Shown one piece after another: positions 46,431-57,042 of a DNA stretch of 64,000 nucleotides. The notes under the pieces were generated by a model that worked only from the letters and a program-made list of their open reading frames with translations, did not search any database and was not told the DNA's origin. The DNA is from Candidatus Omnitrophota bacterium. Its GTDB lineage: Bacteria > Omnitrophota > Gorgyraeia > 1-14-0-20-64-10. Positions within the stretch are counted from its first letter, which is position 1. Every line of letters begins with the position of its first letter. Both the position numbers and the translations under genes were made by a program. The stretch spans positions 13,362-77,361 of the forward strand of contig JAUSCU010000077.1 in assembly GCA_030651065.1 (NCBI GenBank). The letters are read 5' to 3'.

Positions 46431-48239
46431 CTAGGACGCAACCTGAAGTTCGTAGAGGCGGCGGTAGAGAGGAGAGCCGCGCAGCAGCTCCTCATGGCGG
46501 CCGGTCTCAGCGATCCGGCCCTGGTCCAGCACGACGATCCGGTCGGCCTGCCGGATCGTGGAAAACCGGTGGGCGATCACGAAAACGGTGCGCCCCTTCA
46601 TCAGCCGGTCCAGCGCCTCCTGTACTAAGCGCTCCGATTCGGAGTCCAACTGAGAGGTGGCCTCGTCCAGCACGAGGATCGGCGGGTTTTTCAGCAGAGC
46701 CCGCGCGATGGCGATCCTCTGCCGCTCCCCGCCGGACAGCTTGGCGCCAAGGTCCCCCACCTGCGAGTCGTATCCGGCCGGCAGGCGCCGGATGAACCCG
46801 TCCGCGTTGGCCGCTTTCGCCACCGCGACGACCTCCTCCAGCGAAGCCTCCGGCTGGCCGAACGCGATGTTGTTCCGGATCGAGTCGTGGAACAGGAACG
46901 GGTCCTGGGTCACCAGTCCGATCTGCCGGCGCAGGGACTCCAGCGTCACGGAGCGCAGGTCCTTCCCATCCACGGTGATCCGGCCGGAGGTGGGATCGTA
47001 GAGCCGCAGCAGCAGGTTCACCATCGTCGTCTTTCCGGACCCGCTGGAACCGACGATCGCCACCACTTCCCCGGCCCGCACGGCCAAATCCACCCCCTGC
47101 AGTACCCACCGCTCATCGCCTGACCCGGCGGCGGCCGAGTAGCGGAAGCGAACATCCTCGAATTGGATCCCTTCCGAGAATTTCACCAGGGCGACCGCCC
47201 CCGGCGCGTCCTGAACGGACGGCTCCGTCCGGAGAATCTCCGCTACCCGCTTCGCTGCCGTCAGCGCCTGCTGGTTTAGGGAATGCAGCCGGCTCAACCG
47301 TTTGATCGGCTCGTAGAGAGAAAGCAGCGCCGCCAGGAAGAAGACCACCGTGCCGGGAGAGATCGAACCCTGCAGCACCGCCCGGCCCCCCACCTGCAGC
47401 ACCACCAACCCGCCGGCCATGCTGATCATATCGGTGATGGCGGCCAGCGCTTCCCGCCGCTTCACGGTCCGGATATGCGCCTTGTAGTAGTCCTGGTTGA
47501 TCGCCGCGAAGCGGGCCTCTTCCAACCGCTCAGCCGTGAAGGCCTTGATGATCCGGATCCCCTGCAGCGTCTCGATGAGCCGGCTGTTCAGGTCGGCCAT
47601 CCGCTCCTGCACCGAGAAGCCCAGCTTGCGCAGAGCCTTCCCGATCCGAACGATCGGGTACCCGAGGGCCGGCAGCAACAGCAGCGCCAGCCCCGCCAGC
47701 TTCCAGTCAATCGCGAAAATGATCACGGCAAACACGATCATCTGGGCGGTTTGATAGATGATATCCGTGAGCCCCTCGGTAATCGTGTTCTGCAGCACCC
47801 CCACGTCATGCGTGATCCGGGAGACCAGCTCCCCGGTCCGCTCGCCGCTGAAGAAATCCTGCGAGAGCCGTTGGTAGTGCTGATAGAGGCCGTTCCGGAG
47901 GTCCCGAAGAAAACGCAGAGAGACGGTGTTCATCAGGGTGGTCTGTAGGTAAAGAACGGTATTCTTCATCGCGTAGAGGATGATGAGCGCCGCTCCCAAC
48001 CCGTTGAGCCGGGACACCGGGGAGAGCTGCTGGAACCAGACGGCGGCCGAAACCAAGGGCCCCGGCACCCAGCCCGGCAGGGCAACCTGCCGGTTGAGCA
48101 GAACGAAATCCACTAACGGCACCAGCAGCCCCAGAGAGACCCCTTTTAGGACGCTCGAGAAGGCCATACAGGCGGCCGCCCACATTAACAGGGGAAAATG
48201 GGGCCTTACATAGGGCCAAAGCCGGCGATAGTTCTTCAT
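46431..48239 (-). CDS. ABC transporter permease/ATPase of the MsbA (lipid A/lipid exporter) type
   Basis: Six N-terminal TM helices are followed by GSSGSGKTT (Walker A) and LSGGERQRIAIARAL. The protein is 602 aa. The surrounding genes are lipid A genes. Confidence 0.75.
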   Translation of the reverse strand: MKNYRRLWPYVRPHFPLLMWAAACMAFSSVLKGVSLGLLVPLVDFVLLNRQVALPGWVPGPLVSAAVWFQQLSPVSRLNGLGAALIILYAMKNTVLYLQTTLMNTVSLRFLRDLRNGLYQHYQRLSQDFFSGERTGELVSRITHDVGVLQNTITEGLTDIIYQTAQMIVFAVIIFAIDWKLAGLALLLLPALGYPIVRIGKALRKLGFSVQERMADLNSRLIETLQGIRIIKAFTAERLEEARFAAINQDYYKAHIRTVKRREALAAITDMISMAGGLVVLQVGGRAVLQGSISPGTVVFFLAALLSLYEPIKRLSRLHSLNQQALTAAKRVAEILRTEPSVQDAPGAVALVKFSEGIQFEDVRFRYSAAAGSGDERWVLQGVDLAVRAGEVVAIVGSSGSGKTTMVNLLLRLYDPTSGRITVDGKDLRSVTLESLRRQIGLVTQDPFLFHDSIRNNIAFGQPEASLEEVVAVAKAANADGFIRRLPAGYDSQVGDLGAKLSGGERQRIAIARALLKNPPILVLDEATSQLDSESERLVQEALDRLMKGRTVFVIAHRFSTIRQADRIVVLDQGRIAETGRHEELLRGSPLYRRLYELQVAS

Positions 48240-48279
48240 GGGAACAGATATTTTAGCATGCTATACTGCCCCTCAAACC

Positions 48280-49203
48280 ATGAAACCGATCCGTGTCGCT
48301 GTGGTCGGAGCGGGCCACCTGGGTTCCATCCACGCTCGAATTTACTCGCAACTTCAAGAAGCACAATTGGTTGCAGTGTGCGACCGGCTCCCCGAACGGG
48401 CCCAAGCCGTAGCGGGTCCCCTGCACTGCCGGCCGGTCTCGGATTTCCGGGAACTGATCGGCCAGGTAGACGCCGTCTCCGTCGCCGTCCCCACGCAGGC
48501 CCACTACGAAGTGGCCAAAGAATTCCTCGCCCGGGGCGTCCATACACTGGTGGAAAAACCGATGACCTCCACCCTTCCGGAGGCGGACCGGCTCCTGGCC
48601 CTGGCCCGAAAAACAAAGGCTGTCCTTCAGGTCGGCCATGTGGAGCGATTCAACGCGGCCCTCCGGCGCGTGCAGGACACCTTAAAAAATCCCCGCTTCA
48701 TCGAGGTCCACCGGCTGGCCCCTTTCCAACCGCGCGGGACGGAGGTCGGTGTCGTGCTGGACCTCATGATCCACGACATTGATCTCCTCCTCTGGCTCGT
48801 CCGCAGCCCGGTCCGGCGCGTGGAGGCGGTCGGCGTCCGGGTGCTGACGCCGCATGAGGACATCGCCAATGCCCGGGTCACCTTCCGCAACGGGACGGTC
48901 GCGAATCTGACCGCCTCCCGAATCTCCAAGGAAGCGCTGCGCAAGTTCCGCATCTTTCAGCCGGATGGCTACGTCTCGATGGATTTCCTGGGGCTGAGCG
49001 TGGACCTGTACCGCCATGAGGCCGGCCAGATCCAGCACGAGCACCTGACGCTCACCGGCGAGGAGCCGCTCAAAACGGAGCTGGCCGGCTTTCTGGACGC
49101 CATCCGGCATCGCACGCCCCCTCCCGTCTCCGGCCGGGAGGCGCGGAACGCGCTCGCGATGGCCCTCAAGATCACAGCCCTGATCAAAAAGAATCCTCCC
49201 TGA
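48280..49203 (+). CDS. Gfo/Idh/MocA-family NAD(P)-dependent oxidoreductase
   Basis: The start MKPIRVAVVGAGHLGSIH contains a Rossmann GxGxxG motif. The gene is adjacent to lpxB. Confidence 0.6.
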   Translation: MKPIRVAVVGAGHLGSIHARIYSQLQEAQLVAVCDRLPERAQAVAGPLHCRPVSDFRELIGQVDAVSVAVPTQAHYEVAKEFLARGVHTLVEKPMTSTLPEADRLLALARKTKAVLQVGHVERFNAALRRVQDTLKNPRFIEVHRLAPFQPRGTEVGVVLDLMIHDIDLLLWLVRSPVRRVEAVGVRVLTPHEDIANARVTFRNGTVANLTASRISKEALRKFRIFQPDGYVSMDFLGLSVDLYRHEAGQIQHEHLTLTGEEPLKTELAGFLDAIRHRTPPPVSGREARNALAMALKITALIKKNPP

Positions 49204-49207
49204 CCCC

Positions 49208-50350
49208 ATGGGTTCCTGCGTTTTCATCCTGGCCGGAGAATCCTCCGGGGATCTGCATGGCGCCCATCTGGCCAAAGAACTCAAAACCCTCTCCCCCCGC
49301 CTGGAGCTGACCGGCTTCGGCGGCGCCGAAATGCGAGCGGCCGGCGTCGAGATCCTGGAGGATCCCACCCGCATCGCGGTGATCGGTCTCTTCGAGGTCT
49401 TGCGCCACCTCTCCGATTTCAAACGGCTGTTCCGCCGGGCGGTGCAAATCCTGGACGAGCGCCGTCCCGACCTCGTCGTCCTGATCGATTACCCCGGCTT
49501 TAATCTGCGCTTCGCGCGGGAGGTCAGAAAGCGCGGCATCCGGTTGGTCTACTACATCAGCCCGCAGATCTGGGCCTGGGACCCCGGCCGCATCCGAACC
49601 ATCAAACGTCGGGTGGACCGGATGCTGGTCCTCTTCCCCTTTGAAGAGGCCCTCTACAAGAAAGCCGGCGTGCCGGTCACTTTCGTCGGTCACCCGCTGG
49701 TCGAGCAGGTCCGGCCCAATCCCCGGAGGATCGAAGCGTTGGAGAGCTTGGGGCTGGCCGACGGACTTCCGGTGATCGGCCTCCTGCCCGGCTCGCGGGA
49801 GGTGGAGGTCCGGCGGCTCCTGCCGGTCCTGCTGGCCGCCGGCGAAAAGATGAAGGAGGCCCTGCCCTCCTCGGCCCGGTTCCTGCTGATCAAGGCGCCT
49901 CACCTACCCTGGGAGATTTACCAGGAACACCTCCGGCACTCCAGCCTGAACCCGAAAGTAGCGGAACGCTGGGACTACGACGGCATCCACGCCTGCGACC
50001 TCGTGCTGGTCGCCTCCGGCACCGCCACGCTGGAATGCGCGCTGCTGGAACGGCCGATGGTGATCGTCTACAAAACCTCCTGGCCCACCTATCTCCTGTC
50101 CCGCCTGCTGATCCGGATCCCCCACATCGGGCTGGTGAACGTCGTGGCCGGCCGGAAAGTGGTCCCCGAGCTAATCCAGCGGGAGGCCAATCCCTCCCGG
50201 ATAGCGGCAGAGGCGCTGGCCCTTCGGAATGACGCGCGGCGGCGGGAGAAGATGAAAGAGGATTTTGTGGAAATCAGGCGATCGCTTGGGAGCCCGGGCG
50301 CCAGCCGCCGCGCGGCGGAAGCAATCCTGGCGGAGCTGAATAAGAGCTAG
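49208..50350 (+). CDS. lpxB: Lipid-A-disaccharide synthase
   Basis: FILAGESSGDLHGAHLAKELK matches the LpxB N-terminus. The protein is 380 aa. Confidence 0.85.
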   Translation: MGSCVFILAGESSGDLHGAHLAKELKTLSPRLELTGFGGAEMRAAGVEILEDPTRIAVIGLFEVLRHLSDFKRLFRRAVQILDERRPDLVVLIDYPGFNLRFAREVRKRGIRLVYYISPQIWAWDPGRIRTIKRRVDRMLVLFPFEEALYKKAGVPVTFVGHPLVEQVRPNPRRIEALESLGLADGLPVIGLLPGSREVEVRRLLPVLLAAGEKMKEALPSSARFLLIKAPHLPWEIYQEHLRHSSLNPKVAERWDYDGIHACDLVLVASGTATLECALLERPMVIVYKTSWPTYLLSRLLIRIPHIGLVNVVAGRKVVPELIQREANPSRIAAEALALRNDARRREKMKEDFVEIRRSLGSPGASRRAAEAILAELNKS

Positions 50351-50733
50351 ACGGACAAGGCTTGATGAATCGTCTGGAGCAGCTCTTCCGCCTGGTAAGG
50401 CTTTCCGAGGATGGCGTAGCCTTCGTCCGGTCCTAAGTTGTGCTGGGCCGGAGCAGTGTTTTTAGCCAAGGCACTCAGGAAAATAATGGGGATCTTGGAG
50501 GTCGAAGGATCTTGCTTTAAGGCATGGTAGGTCTCGATCCCATCCTTTCCCGGCATCAGGATGTCCAGCAGGATAAGATCCGGCCGAGTCTCCCCCGCCC
50601 GCACAATCGCCGAAAAGCCATCCGCGGCTTCCAGTACCTCAAACTGACTGGCTTCCAACCGTCTGCGCAAAAAGGCGCGGATATCGGCCTCATCGTCAAC
50701 GACTAAAATCTTCTTTCGTGTCTCCACGATCAA
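50347..50733 (-). CDS. Single-domain response regulator (CheY-like receiver)
   Basis: The receiver signatures are KILVVDDEADIR, ...PDLILLDILMPGKDG, ...FLSA and ...LGKP. Confidence 0.7.
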   Translation of the reverse strand: MIVETRKKILVVDDEADIRAFLRRRLEASQFEVLEAADGFSAIVRAGETRPDLILLDILMPGKDGIETYHALKQDPSTSKIPIIFLSALAKNTAPAQHNLGPDEGYAILGKPYQAEELLQTIHQALSV

Positions 50734-50810
50734 AGTATCGCCGATCAGGGATCGGCGTTCAAGAGAAGGTGGTAAAGGTGAAAATGCGAAAAAGGGTAGG
50801 AGGAGGGAGG

Positions 50811-52133
50811 TTAGTCCCGATTCCAGAAAGGGGAGGCGGAGTTATTTCGAACCGACAACGTGATCAACAACCAGCCGGTAGAGGCAGTGGATTCCAAATC
50901 GGAGAAGGTATCTCCATCGGCGTTTGTGTAGCGCGAAAGCGCGTATGGAAGGGCTCCATGCCACTTTCCCTGAGACTGCCAGGTGGTCTGGATCCTGGAA
51001 ACATCGTTCAGAATTCGATCGGCCACGGCCGTTTGTCCCACCCGCTTGTACGCGGCCGCGACACCCAGCGTTCCCTCCAGCCAAATCGTTCCGCGGGCGG
51101 AATCCGGCGCGTAGCCGGTCACGGAAACCGAGCTTCCAGAGATCGTCCGCGTGTTCTTGAAAGTGGATTCCACGTATTGCAGGGCTTTATTGGCCTGCGC
51201 GGTCCTTCCAACCGCCCAGAGAAAAATGGCACCCCAGGAGTTGGCGTCCAGCGCAGGTGTGGAATCCCCGATCCCCTGCAGGAAATGACCGCTGGTGCCG
51301 CCGGTTGCCACCCAATGCCGGGTTAAGAGGGAGTTCTTAATCTGGACAGCCGTCGACTGGTAGGTGCTCTTCCGGGTGACCCGGTACAGTTCCCGGTAAA
51401 AGAAATAGGCATCGATGTTGTGCTCCGTGGAGCGCCAACTCACGTCTGGTCCGCCCCGCAGAGAACCGGAGGAGACCTGAAGTCCCTTAAGATAAACCGC
51501 GATCTTCTCGGCGTTGGCTTGGAAGGTCCTGTCGCCGGTCAATCGCTGGTAGAGAGCCATCGCGTATCCCACCCAGGCCAGTGTCCCGGTCCGAACCCGG
51601 CTGTCCGTCCAGCTGGAATCCACCTGGTAAGAGAAACCAAGGGTGCCGTTAGGCGCCATCAGCCGTTGAAGAGCAGCGAGAACCGATCGAGCATCGCCGG
51701 ACCGGCCCTGCAAAAGGAAGGAAATGGCTCCCACCGCGTTGTCGTAGGTGTAGGAACGCCCCGTCAGAAACGGAGCGAGGGGATCTACGGGTGGAACCGC
51801 GTAGCTCACCAAAAGACCGGTCCGGCCAGGAATCGGCTGAATCCCCGTTGCCAAGGGATTATCCCGATTCGCCAGCCAGTTCAAACTCCCCTCTCCCAAA
51901 ACAGACTGCAGCGTGGTTGAGAAAGCGAGGTTTTGAACCCTCGCTAATTCCACGGATTGAAGGCGCATGAGTTCCGCCTGCTGAGCCTGCTGATCAGCCA
52001 GAGTGCGCGAGAGGGTCGCGCTCGCCGACTCCACGCGATCTTCCTGAGGAGAGACGGAACGCGCGGAGGCCGGAGAAACCAACCCGGCGAAACCAGCGAC
52101 CGTCAGGAGAAGAGCCAGAATCTTTTTGTTCAC
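50811..52133 (-). CDS. Secreted hypothetical protein (possible alpha/alpha-barrel glycoside-hydrolase-like)
   Basis: A GTG start at 52133 gives the signal peptide MNKKILALLLTVAGFAGLVSPASA. The ORF-track start further upstream would overlap glnA. Confidence 0.4.
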   Translation of the reverse strand: MNKKILALLLTVAGFAGLVSPASARSVSPQEDRVESASATLSRTLADQQAQQAELMRLQSVELARVQNLAFSTTLQSVLGEGSLNWLANRDNPLATGIQPIPGRTGLLVSYAVPPVDPLAPFLTGRSYTYDNAVGAISFLLQGRSGDARSVLAALQRLMAPNGTLGFSYQVDSSWTDSRVRTGTLAWVGYAMALYQRLTGDRTFQANAEKIAVYLKGLQVSSGSLRGGPDVSWRSTEHNIDAYFFYRELYRVTRKSTYQSTAVQIKNSLLTRHWVATGGTSGHFLQGIGDSTPALDANSWGAIFLWAVGRTAQANKALQYVESTFKNTRTISGSSVSVTGYAPDSARGTIWLEGTLGVAAAYKRVGQTAVADRILNDVSRIQTTWQSQGKWHGALPYALSRYTNADGDTFSDLESTASTGWLLITLSVRNNSASPFWNRD

Positions 52134-52155
52134 AGGGATGATTATACTCGCCTCG

Positions 52156-53499
52156 TTAGAGGAGGGGAAGGTAGATTTTGCGTTCGAAATCGGTGACGGC
52201 GGCCCGGTAGCGCTCCCACTCGATCCGCTTGTTCTGCAGAAAAGAGGTAAAGATGTGTTCTCCCAGGGCTTTGCGCAGCAGCTTGGAGCCTTCCGCGGCA
52301 GCAATCGCTTCCCCAAGGTCGCGCGGCAGGGACTGGATCCCCAGCTTGCGCCTCTCCTCATCGGTGAAGCGGGCAACGTTGGTTTCGGCCGCAGGCTGCA
52401 GCGTCAGGGGCTCTTTCGACTTGAGCCCGTCCAGCCCGGCCGCCAGGATCACGCTGAATGCCAGATAGGGGTTGCAGGCCGGATCGGGGCTCCTGAGCTC
52501 CAGCCGGAAGTCCGATTCCTTCCCTGGCTTGGTCTGCGGGATCCGGACCAGATCCGAGCGGTTTGTCATCGCCCAGGTAACGTAGACCGGCGCCTCGTAT
52601 CCGGGGATCAGCCGCTTGTAGGAATTCACCCACTGGTTGGTCACCACAGTGAACTCCCGCACATGGCGCAGGATGCCGGACAGGAACCGCTTGCCGGTGT
52701 CGGAGAGCCCGCGCTTGTCGCTCCGGTCGAAAAAGAGGTTCTTCTCCCCCTGGAACAGGGAGATGTTGACGTGCATGCCGGACCCATTCTGGCCCTGTAG
52801 GGGCTTGGGCATGAAGGTGGCGTAGACACCGTGCTTCAGGGCGATCTCCTTCACCACCAGCCGGTAGGTCATCAGGTTGTCGGCCACCGTCAAGGCGTCG
52901 GCATAGCGGAAATCGATCTCGTGCTGGGAGGGAGCCGCCTCATGGTGGCTGAACTGGACGCCAACCCCCAGCTCCTCCATCGCCAGGATCGTCTCCCGGC
53001 GCAGGTCGGTGGCCAAATCCAGGGGGGTCAGATCGAAGTACCCGCCGGAATCCAGCGGGGTCGGATCCTCGGCCGACTTGAAGTAGAAATGCTCCAGCTC
53101 CGGACCCACGTAGAAGGTGTATCCCAAAGCCGCCGCCTCCTTGAGATTCTTCTTAAGGATGAAGCGGGGGTCTCCCTCAAACGGCTGGCCGCCGGGCTTC
53201 ACGATGTCGCAGATCATGCGAGCCACCGCGTTCTCCTTTGGCCGCCACGGAAGAATCGCGAAGGTGTTCGGGTCGGGCATCGCGATCATGTCCGACTCAT
53301 CCGCCCGCGTGAAGCCATCCACCGCGGAGCCGTCAAAACCGACCCCCTCCTCGAGCGCCTCCTCCAACTCCTCGATCGTGATCGCCACGTTCTTCAAAGC
53401 GCCGAGGATGTCGGTGAACCAGAGGCGGATAAACTTCACGCCCAGGTCCCGGGCGGTCTTCAAAACGTACTCTTTATCTTTGAGAGTGGAGGACGGCAT
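52156..53499 (-). CDS. glnA: Glutamine synthetase (type I family, 447 aa)
   Basis: The GS beta-grasp and catalytic domains are present. The motifs are GPELEHFYF and MHVNISL. Confidence 0.85.
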   Translation of the reverse strand: MPSSTLKDKEYVLKTARDLGVKFIRLWFTDILGALKNVAITIEELEEALEEGVGFDGSAVDGFTRADESDMIAMPDPNTFAILPWRPKENAVARMICDIVKPGGQPFEGDPRFILKKNLKEAAALGYTFYVGPELEHFYFKSAEDPTPLDSGGYFDLTPLDLATDLRRETILAMEELGVGVQFSHHEAAPSQHEIDFRYADALTVADNLMTYRLVVKEIALKHGVYATFMPKPLQGQNGSGMHVNISLFQGEKNLFFDRSDKRGLSDTGKRFLSGILRHVREFTVVTNQWVNSYKRLIPGYEAPVYVTWAMTNRSDLVRIPQTKPGKESDFRLELRSPDPACNPYLAFSVILAAGLDGLKSKEPLTLQPAAETNVARFTDEERRKLGIQSLPRDLGEAIAAAEGSKLLRKALGEHIFTSFLQNKRIEWERYRAAVTDFERKIYLPLL

Positions 53500-53526
53500 C
53501 TTTTCCTTTCAAGCCTTTAGAGACAC

Positions 53527-53582
53527 AGAACCCCACACCCGGTTGCCTTCCCCGTTGCGGGGAGCTTCCGGGTGCGGGGTCT
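53527..53582 (-). terminator. GC-rich hairpin between the two glnA genes (terminator or attenuator-like)
   Basis: The minus-sense RNA reads CCCCGCACCCGG-aagcUCCCCGcaaCGGGGAaggcaa-CCGGGUGUGGGG, followed by UUCUGUGUCUCU. The outer stem is 12 bp with one G·U pair, and an inner hairpin is nested within it. Confidence 0.3.
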
Positions 53583-53601
53583 TTCTGTGCCCTACGAAAT
53601 C

Positions 53602-55122
53602 TTAAACGTCGAAGTAGAGGTAGAACTCCCAGGGATGCGGCCGGAGCCGGACCGGATCGACTTCCTTCTCCACCTTGTAGTCGAGCCAGGTGTCTATTAA
53701 ATCCTGGGTGAAGACGCCGCCGCGCAGGAGGTAATCGTGGTCCTTCTCCAAAGCGCTGAGCGCTTCACTGAGCGAAGACGGAACCGTCGCGATCTTGGCC
53801 AACCGCTCCTTCGACAGGCTGAACAGGTCCTCATCGACCGGCTGACCCGGGTCGATCTTGTTGAGGATGCCGTCCAAACCGGCCATCATGAGGGCCGAGA
53901 AAGCCAGGTACGGGTTCGCGGCAGCATCCGGCGGGCGGAATTCCACGCGCCGCGCCTTGGGGCTGTTGGAGTACGTCGGGATACGGCACGCGGCGGAGCG
54001 GTTGCGCTGGCTGTAGACCAGGTTAACCGGCGCCTCGTAACCCGGCACCAACCGCTTGTAGGAGTTGGTGGTGGGCGCGCAGATGGCCATCAGGGACTTG
54101 CCGTGCTTGATGAGCCCCCCGATGTACCACTTGCACAGCTGGGAGATCAGCGCGTAGCCCTTCGCGTCGTAGAACAGCGGCTCGCCGTTCTTCCACAGCG
54201 ACTGGTGGCAGTGCATGCCGGACCCGTTGTCCTGGAACAGGGGCTTGGGCATGAAGGTGGCCACCATGTTGTGCTTGCGGGCCACGTTCTTGACGATGTA
54301 CTTGTTCAGCATCAGCTTGTCCGCCATCGTGGTCAGCGAATCGAACCGCATGTCGATCTCGCACTGGCCGGCGGTCGCCACCTCATGATGGTGGACTTCC
54401 ACCGGGATCCCGCACTTGATCATCGTCAGGATCATCTCGCTCCGGATGTCCTGCAGCGTGTCGCTCGGGGGGACCGGATAATACCCTTCCTTGTTACGGG
54501 TCTTGTAGGAGAGGTTCGGCTTCTCATCCGCGCCGGTGTTCCATTCCCCCTCCACCGAGTCGATGAAGTAATAGGCGCTGTTCTGGTTCTGCGCGAAACG
54601 AACGTCGTTGAACAGGAAGAACTCCGCCTCCGGACCGAAGTAAGCGGTGTCCGCGATGCCGGTCGTTCTCAAGTAGGCCTCCGCCTTCTGGGCGATGAAA
54701 CGGGGGCTGCGGCTGTACGGCTTGCGCGTGAGAGGGTCGATGATGTCGCAGACCAACGACAGCGAGGGGATCTGGTACACGGGATCCACGATCGCGGTGG
54801 CCGCGTTCGGAATCAGCAGCATGTCCGACTCGTTGATCTTCTGGAAACCGCGGATCGAGGAGCCGTCAAACCCAAAACCCTCATTCCAACTCGACGGGGT
54901 CAGCTGGGCGGCGGCAACCGACACGTGCTGCCAGGTGCCGGGGAGGTCGGTGAACTTGAAATCGACGATCTCGATTTTATTGTCCTTGATCAGCTTGTAC
55001 GCCCGCTCTATGGCGGCCGGAGCGGACCGGAACGGATTCTCGGGAACCTGCACGGAAGACGCCTTCGAGCCGTTGCTGGCCTTGGGCTTTGAAACCGTCG
55101 CTGTACCACGACCTTTCGCCAT
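53602..55122 (-). CDS. glnA: Glutamine synthetase (type I, 506 aa, with an N-terminal extension of about 30 aa)
   Basis: [17 protein letters not shown] is the GSI N-terminal domain. MHCHQSLW is the ATP-binding region, and a catalytic Glu cluster is present. Confidence 0.85.
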   Translation of the reverse strand: MAKGRGTATVSKPKASNGSKASSVQVPENPFRSAPAAIERAYKLIKDNKIEIVDFKFTDLPGTWQHVSVAAAQLTPSSWNEGFGFDGSSIRGFQKINESDMLLIPNAATAIVDPVYQIPSLSLVCDIIDPLTRKPYSRSPRFIAQKAEAYLRTTGIADTAYFGPEAEFFLFNDVRFAQNQNSAYYFIDSVEGEWNTGADEKPNLSYKTRNKEGYYPVPPSDTLQDIRSEMILTMIKCGIPVEVHHHEVATAGQCEIDMRFDSLTTMADKLMLNKYIVKNVARKHNMVATFMPKPLFQDNGSGMHCHQSLWKNGEPLFYDAKGYALISQLCKWYIGGLIKHGKSLMAICAPTTNSYKRLVPGYEAPVNLVYSQRNRSAACRIPTYSNSPKARRVEFRPPDAAANPYLAFSALMMAGLDGILNKIDPGQPVDEDLFSLSKERLAKIATVPSSLSEALSALEKDHDYLLRGGVFTQDLIDTWLDYKVEKEVDPVRLRPHPWEFYLYFDV

Positions 55123-55284
55123 CAGAACCTCCTGTTAGAGAAAATGGACCCCTTCAAGTGACATCCACTGATTGGATTATTCAGTAGGAAGACAGGGCCG
55201 GCTGGGGCGGCCGGCCCAGGTGTTATTGGCGCCTATTTTCTCCCCGGCGCGTTAATTCCAGGTTACAGCTATGTTAAATCTGGG

Positions 55285-55623
55285 TTACAGCGCGGCCTCT
55301 CCCGTCTCACCAGTCCGAATCCGAACCACCTCCTCCACAGGAGAGACGAATATCTTGCCGTCCCCAACCCCGCCGGTCTTGGCCGTATCCTGGATCGCCT
55401 GGACGATCTTCTTGACGTCCTTGTCGCTGACCACAATCTCCAGGCGCACCTTGGGCAGCAGCTCGACGCGGTACTGTTCCCCCCGCCACTGTTGCACGAT
55501 CCCTTTCTGTTTGCCGTGCCCTTCCACCTCGGTGATGTTCAGGCCCGGGAAACCGACTTTCTCAAGCGCGTGCCGGACGTCGTCCAGCTTCTCTTGGCGC
55601 AAAATCGCTTCAATCTTCTTCAT
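55285..55623 (-). CDS. glnK: Nitrogen regulatory protein P-II (GlnK, paired with amtB)
   Basis: MKKIEAILRQEKLDDVRHALEKVGFPGLNITEVEGHGKQKG matches the T-loop region. The protein is 112 aa. Confidence 0.9.
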   Translation of the reverse strand: MKKIEAILRQEKLDDVRHALEKVGFPGLNITEVEGHGKQKGIVQQWRGEQYRVELLPKVRLEIVVSDKDVKKIVQAIQDTAKTGGVGDGKIFVSPVEEVVRIRTGETGEAAL

Positions 55624-56987
55624 CTCTTGCTCCCTCCGTTGACCGCCTCGGGCGTTTCGCTCGGAAGGGCGGAAACCGTGGTAAAGGAATAGGCCGGCTT
55701 ACGGATCACGAACTCAGGATAAGCCGAGTTGCCATGTTCGCCCGCATCCAAACCGCCGAGTTCCTCCTGCAGGGAAACCCGAATCCCCATCGTGACCTTC
55801 AACAGCGCCCAGAGGACGGCAAAAGCGATGAAGGAAAAGACCCCCACCCCGAAAACGCCGGTCGCCTGCGCCGCCAGCAGCTTGGTCCCGCCGCCGAAGA
55901 AGAGGCCGTTGCCGGTCGTGTTCGGCATGAAGAGATCCTGAGCGAACAGGCCGACCGCGAGCGTGCCCCAGATGCCGTTGACCAAGTGCACCGATGTGGC
56001 GCCCACCGGGTCGTCGATCCGTAGCCGGTCGAACAAAGGAACGGCCAGGACTACCAGAACGCCGGCGACCGCGCCAATGATCAGCGAGCTTTCCACGCTG
56101 ACGAAGGCGCAGGGGGCCGTCACCGCCACTAAACCGGCCAGACAACCGTTCAGCGTCATCCCTAAGTCCGGCTTGCCCATGGTGAAGCAGGAGGTAAACG
56201 TCGCCGCCAGGATGCCGGCGATGGCAGCGGAGTTGGTCGTGACGCAGATCCGGGCTATCGCGCCCGGGTCGGCTGCCATCGTTGAGCCGGGGTTGAACCC
56301 GAACCACCCAAGCCACAGGATGAAGGTGCCGATCGTCGCCATTCCCAGATTGTGGCCGGGAGTCGGCGTGATCGATCCATCTTGACGATATTTTCCAAAC
56401 CGGGGTCCCAGGATTAGCGCGCCCGCCAAGGCTCCCCAGCCTCCCACTGAGTGGACAACGGTGGAGCCGGCGAAATCCCAGAATCCGGCCTTTGCCAGCC
56501 ATCCCCCGCCCCAGATCCAGTGCCCAACCACCGGGTAGACCAACCCGCACAGGAAGAACGAGAAAACCAGGAAGGAGAAATACTTGATCCTCCCGCCCAC
56601 CGCTCCGGACACGATCGTGGCTGCTGTTCCGGCGAAGACCAGCTGAAAGAAAAACTTCGCCATCAGCGGAACACCCGTCCAGCTCAAAGCACTGTAAACC
56701 CCTTTGTAGGCTTCGCCGGCAGCCGGAGAATTATCGGCCCCATGCAGCATCAACAACCCTTGCAGGCCGAACCAGCCGTTGCCATCCCCGAACTGGAGGC
56801 CGAAACCGATCCACCAGTAAGCGAGGGACGCGATCGCGAAAACCACGAAATTTTTCGACAGAATGTTGACGCAGTTCTTTTGCGGCTGAAAACCCGCCTC
56901 CACCGTCGCGAAACCGGCGTTCATCCAGAACACCAGCATCGCGGTGACTAATGTCCAAATTGTATCGAGTGCTACCTTGGCGTCCAC
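55620..56987 (-). CDS. amtB: Ammonium transporter
   Basis: The protein has eleven or twelve TM helices. The Amt signature DFAGSTVVHSVGGWGALAGALILGPR is present. The start is GTG, with AAGGAG lying 8 nt upstream. Confidence 0.9.
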   Translation of the reverse strand: MDAKVALDTIWTLVTAMLVFWMNAGFATVEAGFQPQKNCVNILSKNFVVFAIASLAYWWIGFGLQFGDGNGWFGLQGLLMLHGADNSPAAGEAYKGVYSALSWTGVPLMAKFFFQLVFAGTAATIVSGAVGGRIKYFSFLVFSFFLCGLVYPVVGHWIWGGGWLAKAGFWDFAGSTVVHSVGGWGALAGALILGPRFGKYRQDGSITPTPGHNLGMATIGTFILWLGWFGFNPGSTMAADPGAIARICVTTNSAAIAGILAATFTSCFTMGKPDLGMTLNGCLAGLVAVTAPCAFVSVESSLIIGAVAGVLVVLAVPLFDRLRIDDPVGATSVHLVNGIWGTLAVGLFAQDLFMPNTTGNGLFFGGGTKLLAAQATGVFGVGVFSFIAFAVLWALLKVTMGIRVSLQEELGGLDAGEHGNSAYPEFVIRKPAYSFTTVSALPSETPEAVNGGSKR

Positions 56988-57008
56988 GTGTTGTCTCCTT
57001 TAAACATC

Positions 57009-57037
57009 GAGTACCGGGTACAAAGTACCCGGTACTC
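57009..57037. terminator. Perfect 13-bp inverted repeat with a 3-nt loop between the porin gene and amtB
   Basis: The repeat is gagtaccgggtac-aaa-gtacccggtactc. It lies immediately 3' of the porin stop (57043) and about 22 nt 5' of the amtB GTG. A T-rich tract flanks it on the plus strand. Confidence 0.4.
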
Positions 57038-57042
57038 TTGTT

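Noticed and set aside
50811-52376. The 521-aa version of the secreted protein starting at 52376
   Set aside because: This version overlaps the 3' end of glnA by about 220 nt and has a Cys/Arg-rich junk N-terminus. The GTG at 52133 gives a clean signal peptide. A TATAAT hexamer lies 6-11 nt upstream of that GTG, which hints at a leaderless transcript, but I treat this as speculation only.
53500-53601. A glutamine riboswitch (glnA RNA motif) upstream of glnA
   Set aside because: I cannot recognise the E-loop/pseudoknot consensus by eye. The hairpin looks more like a terminator or attenuator, so I report it only as a structured intergenic region.
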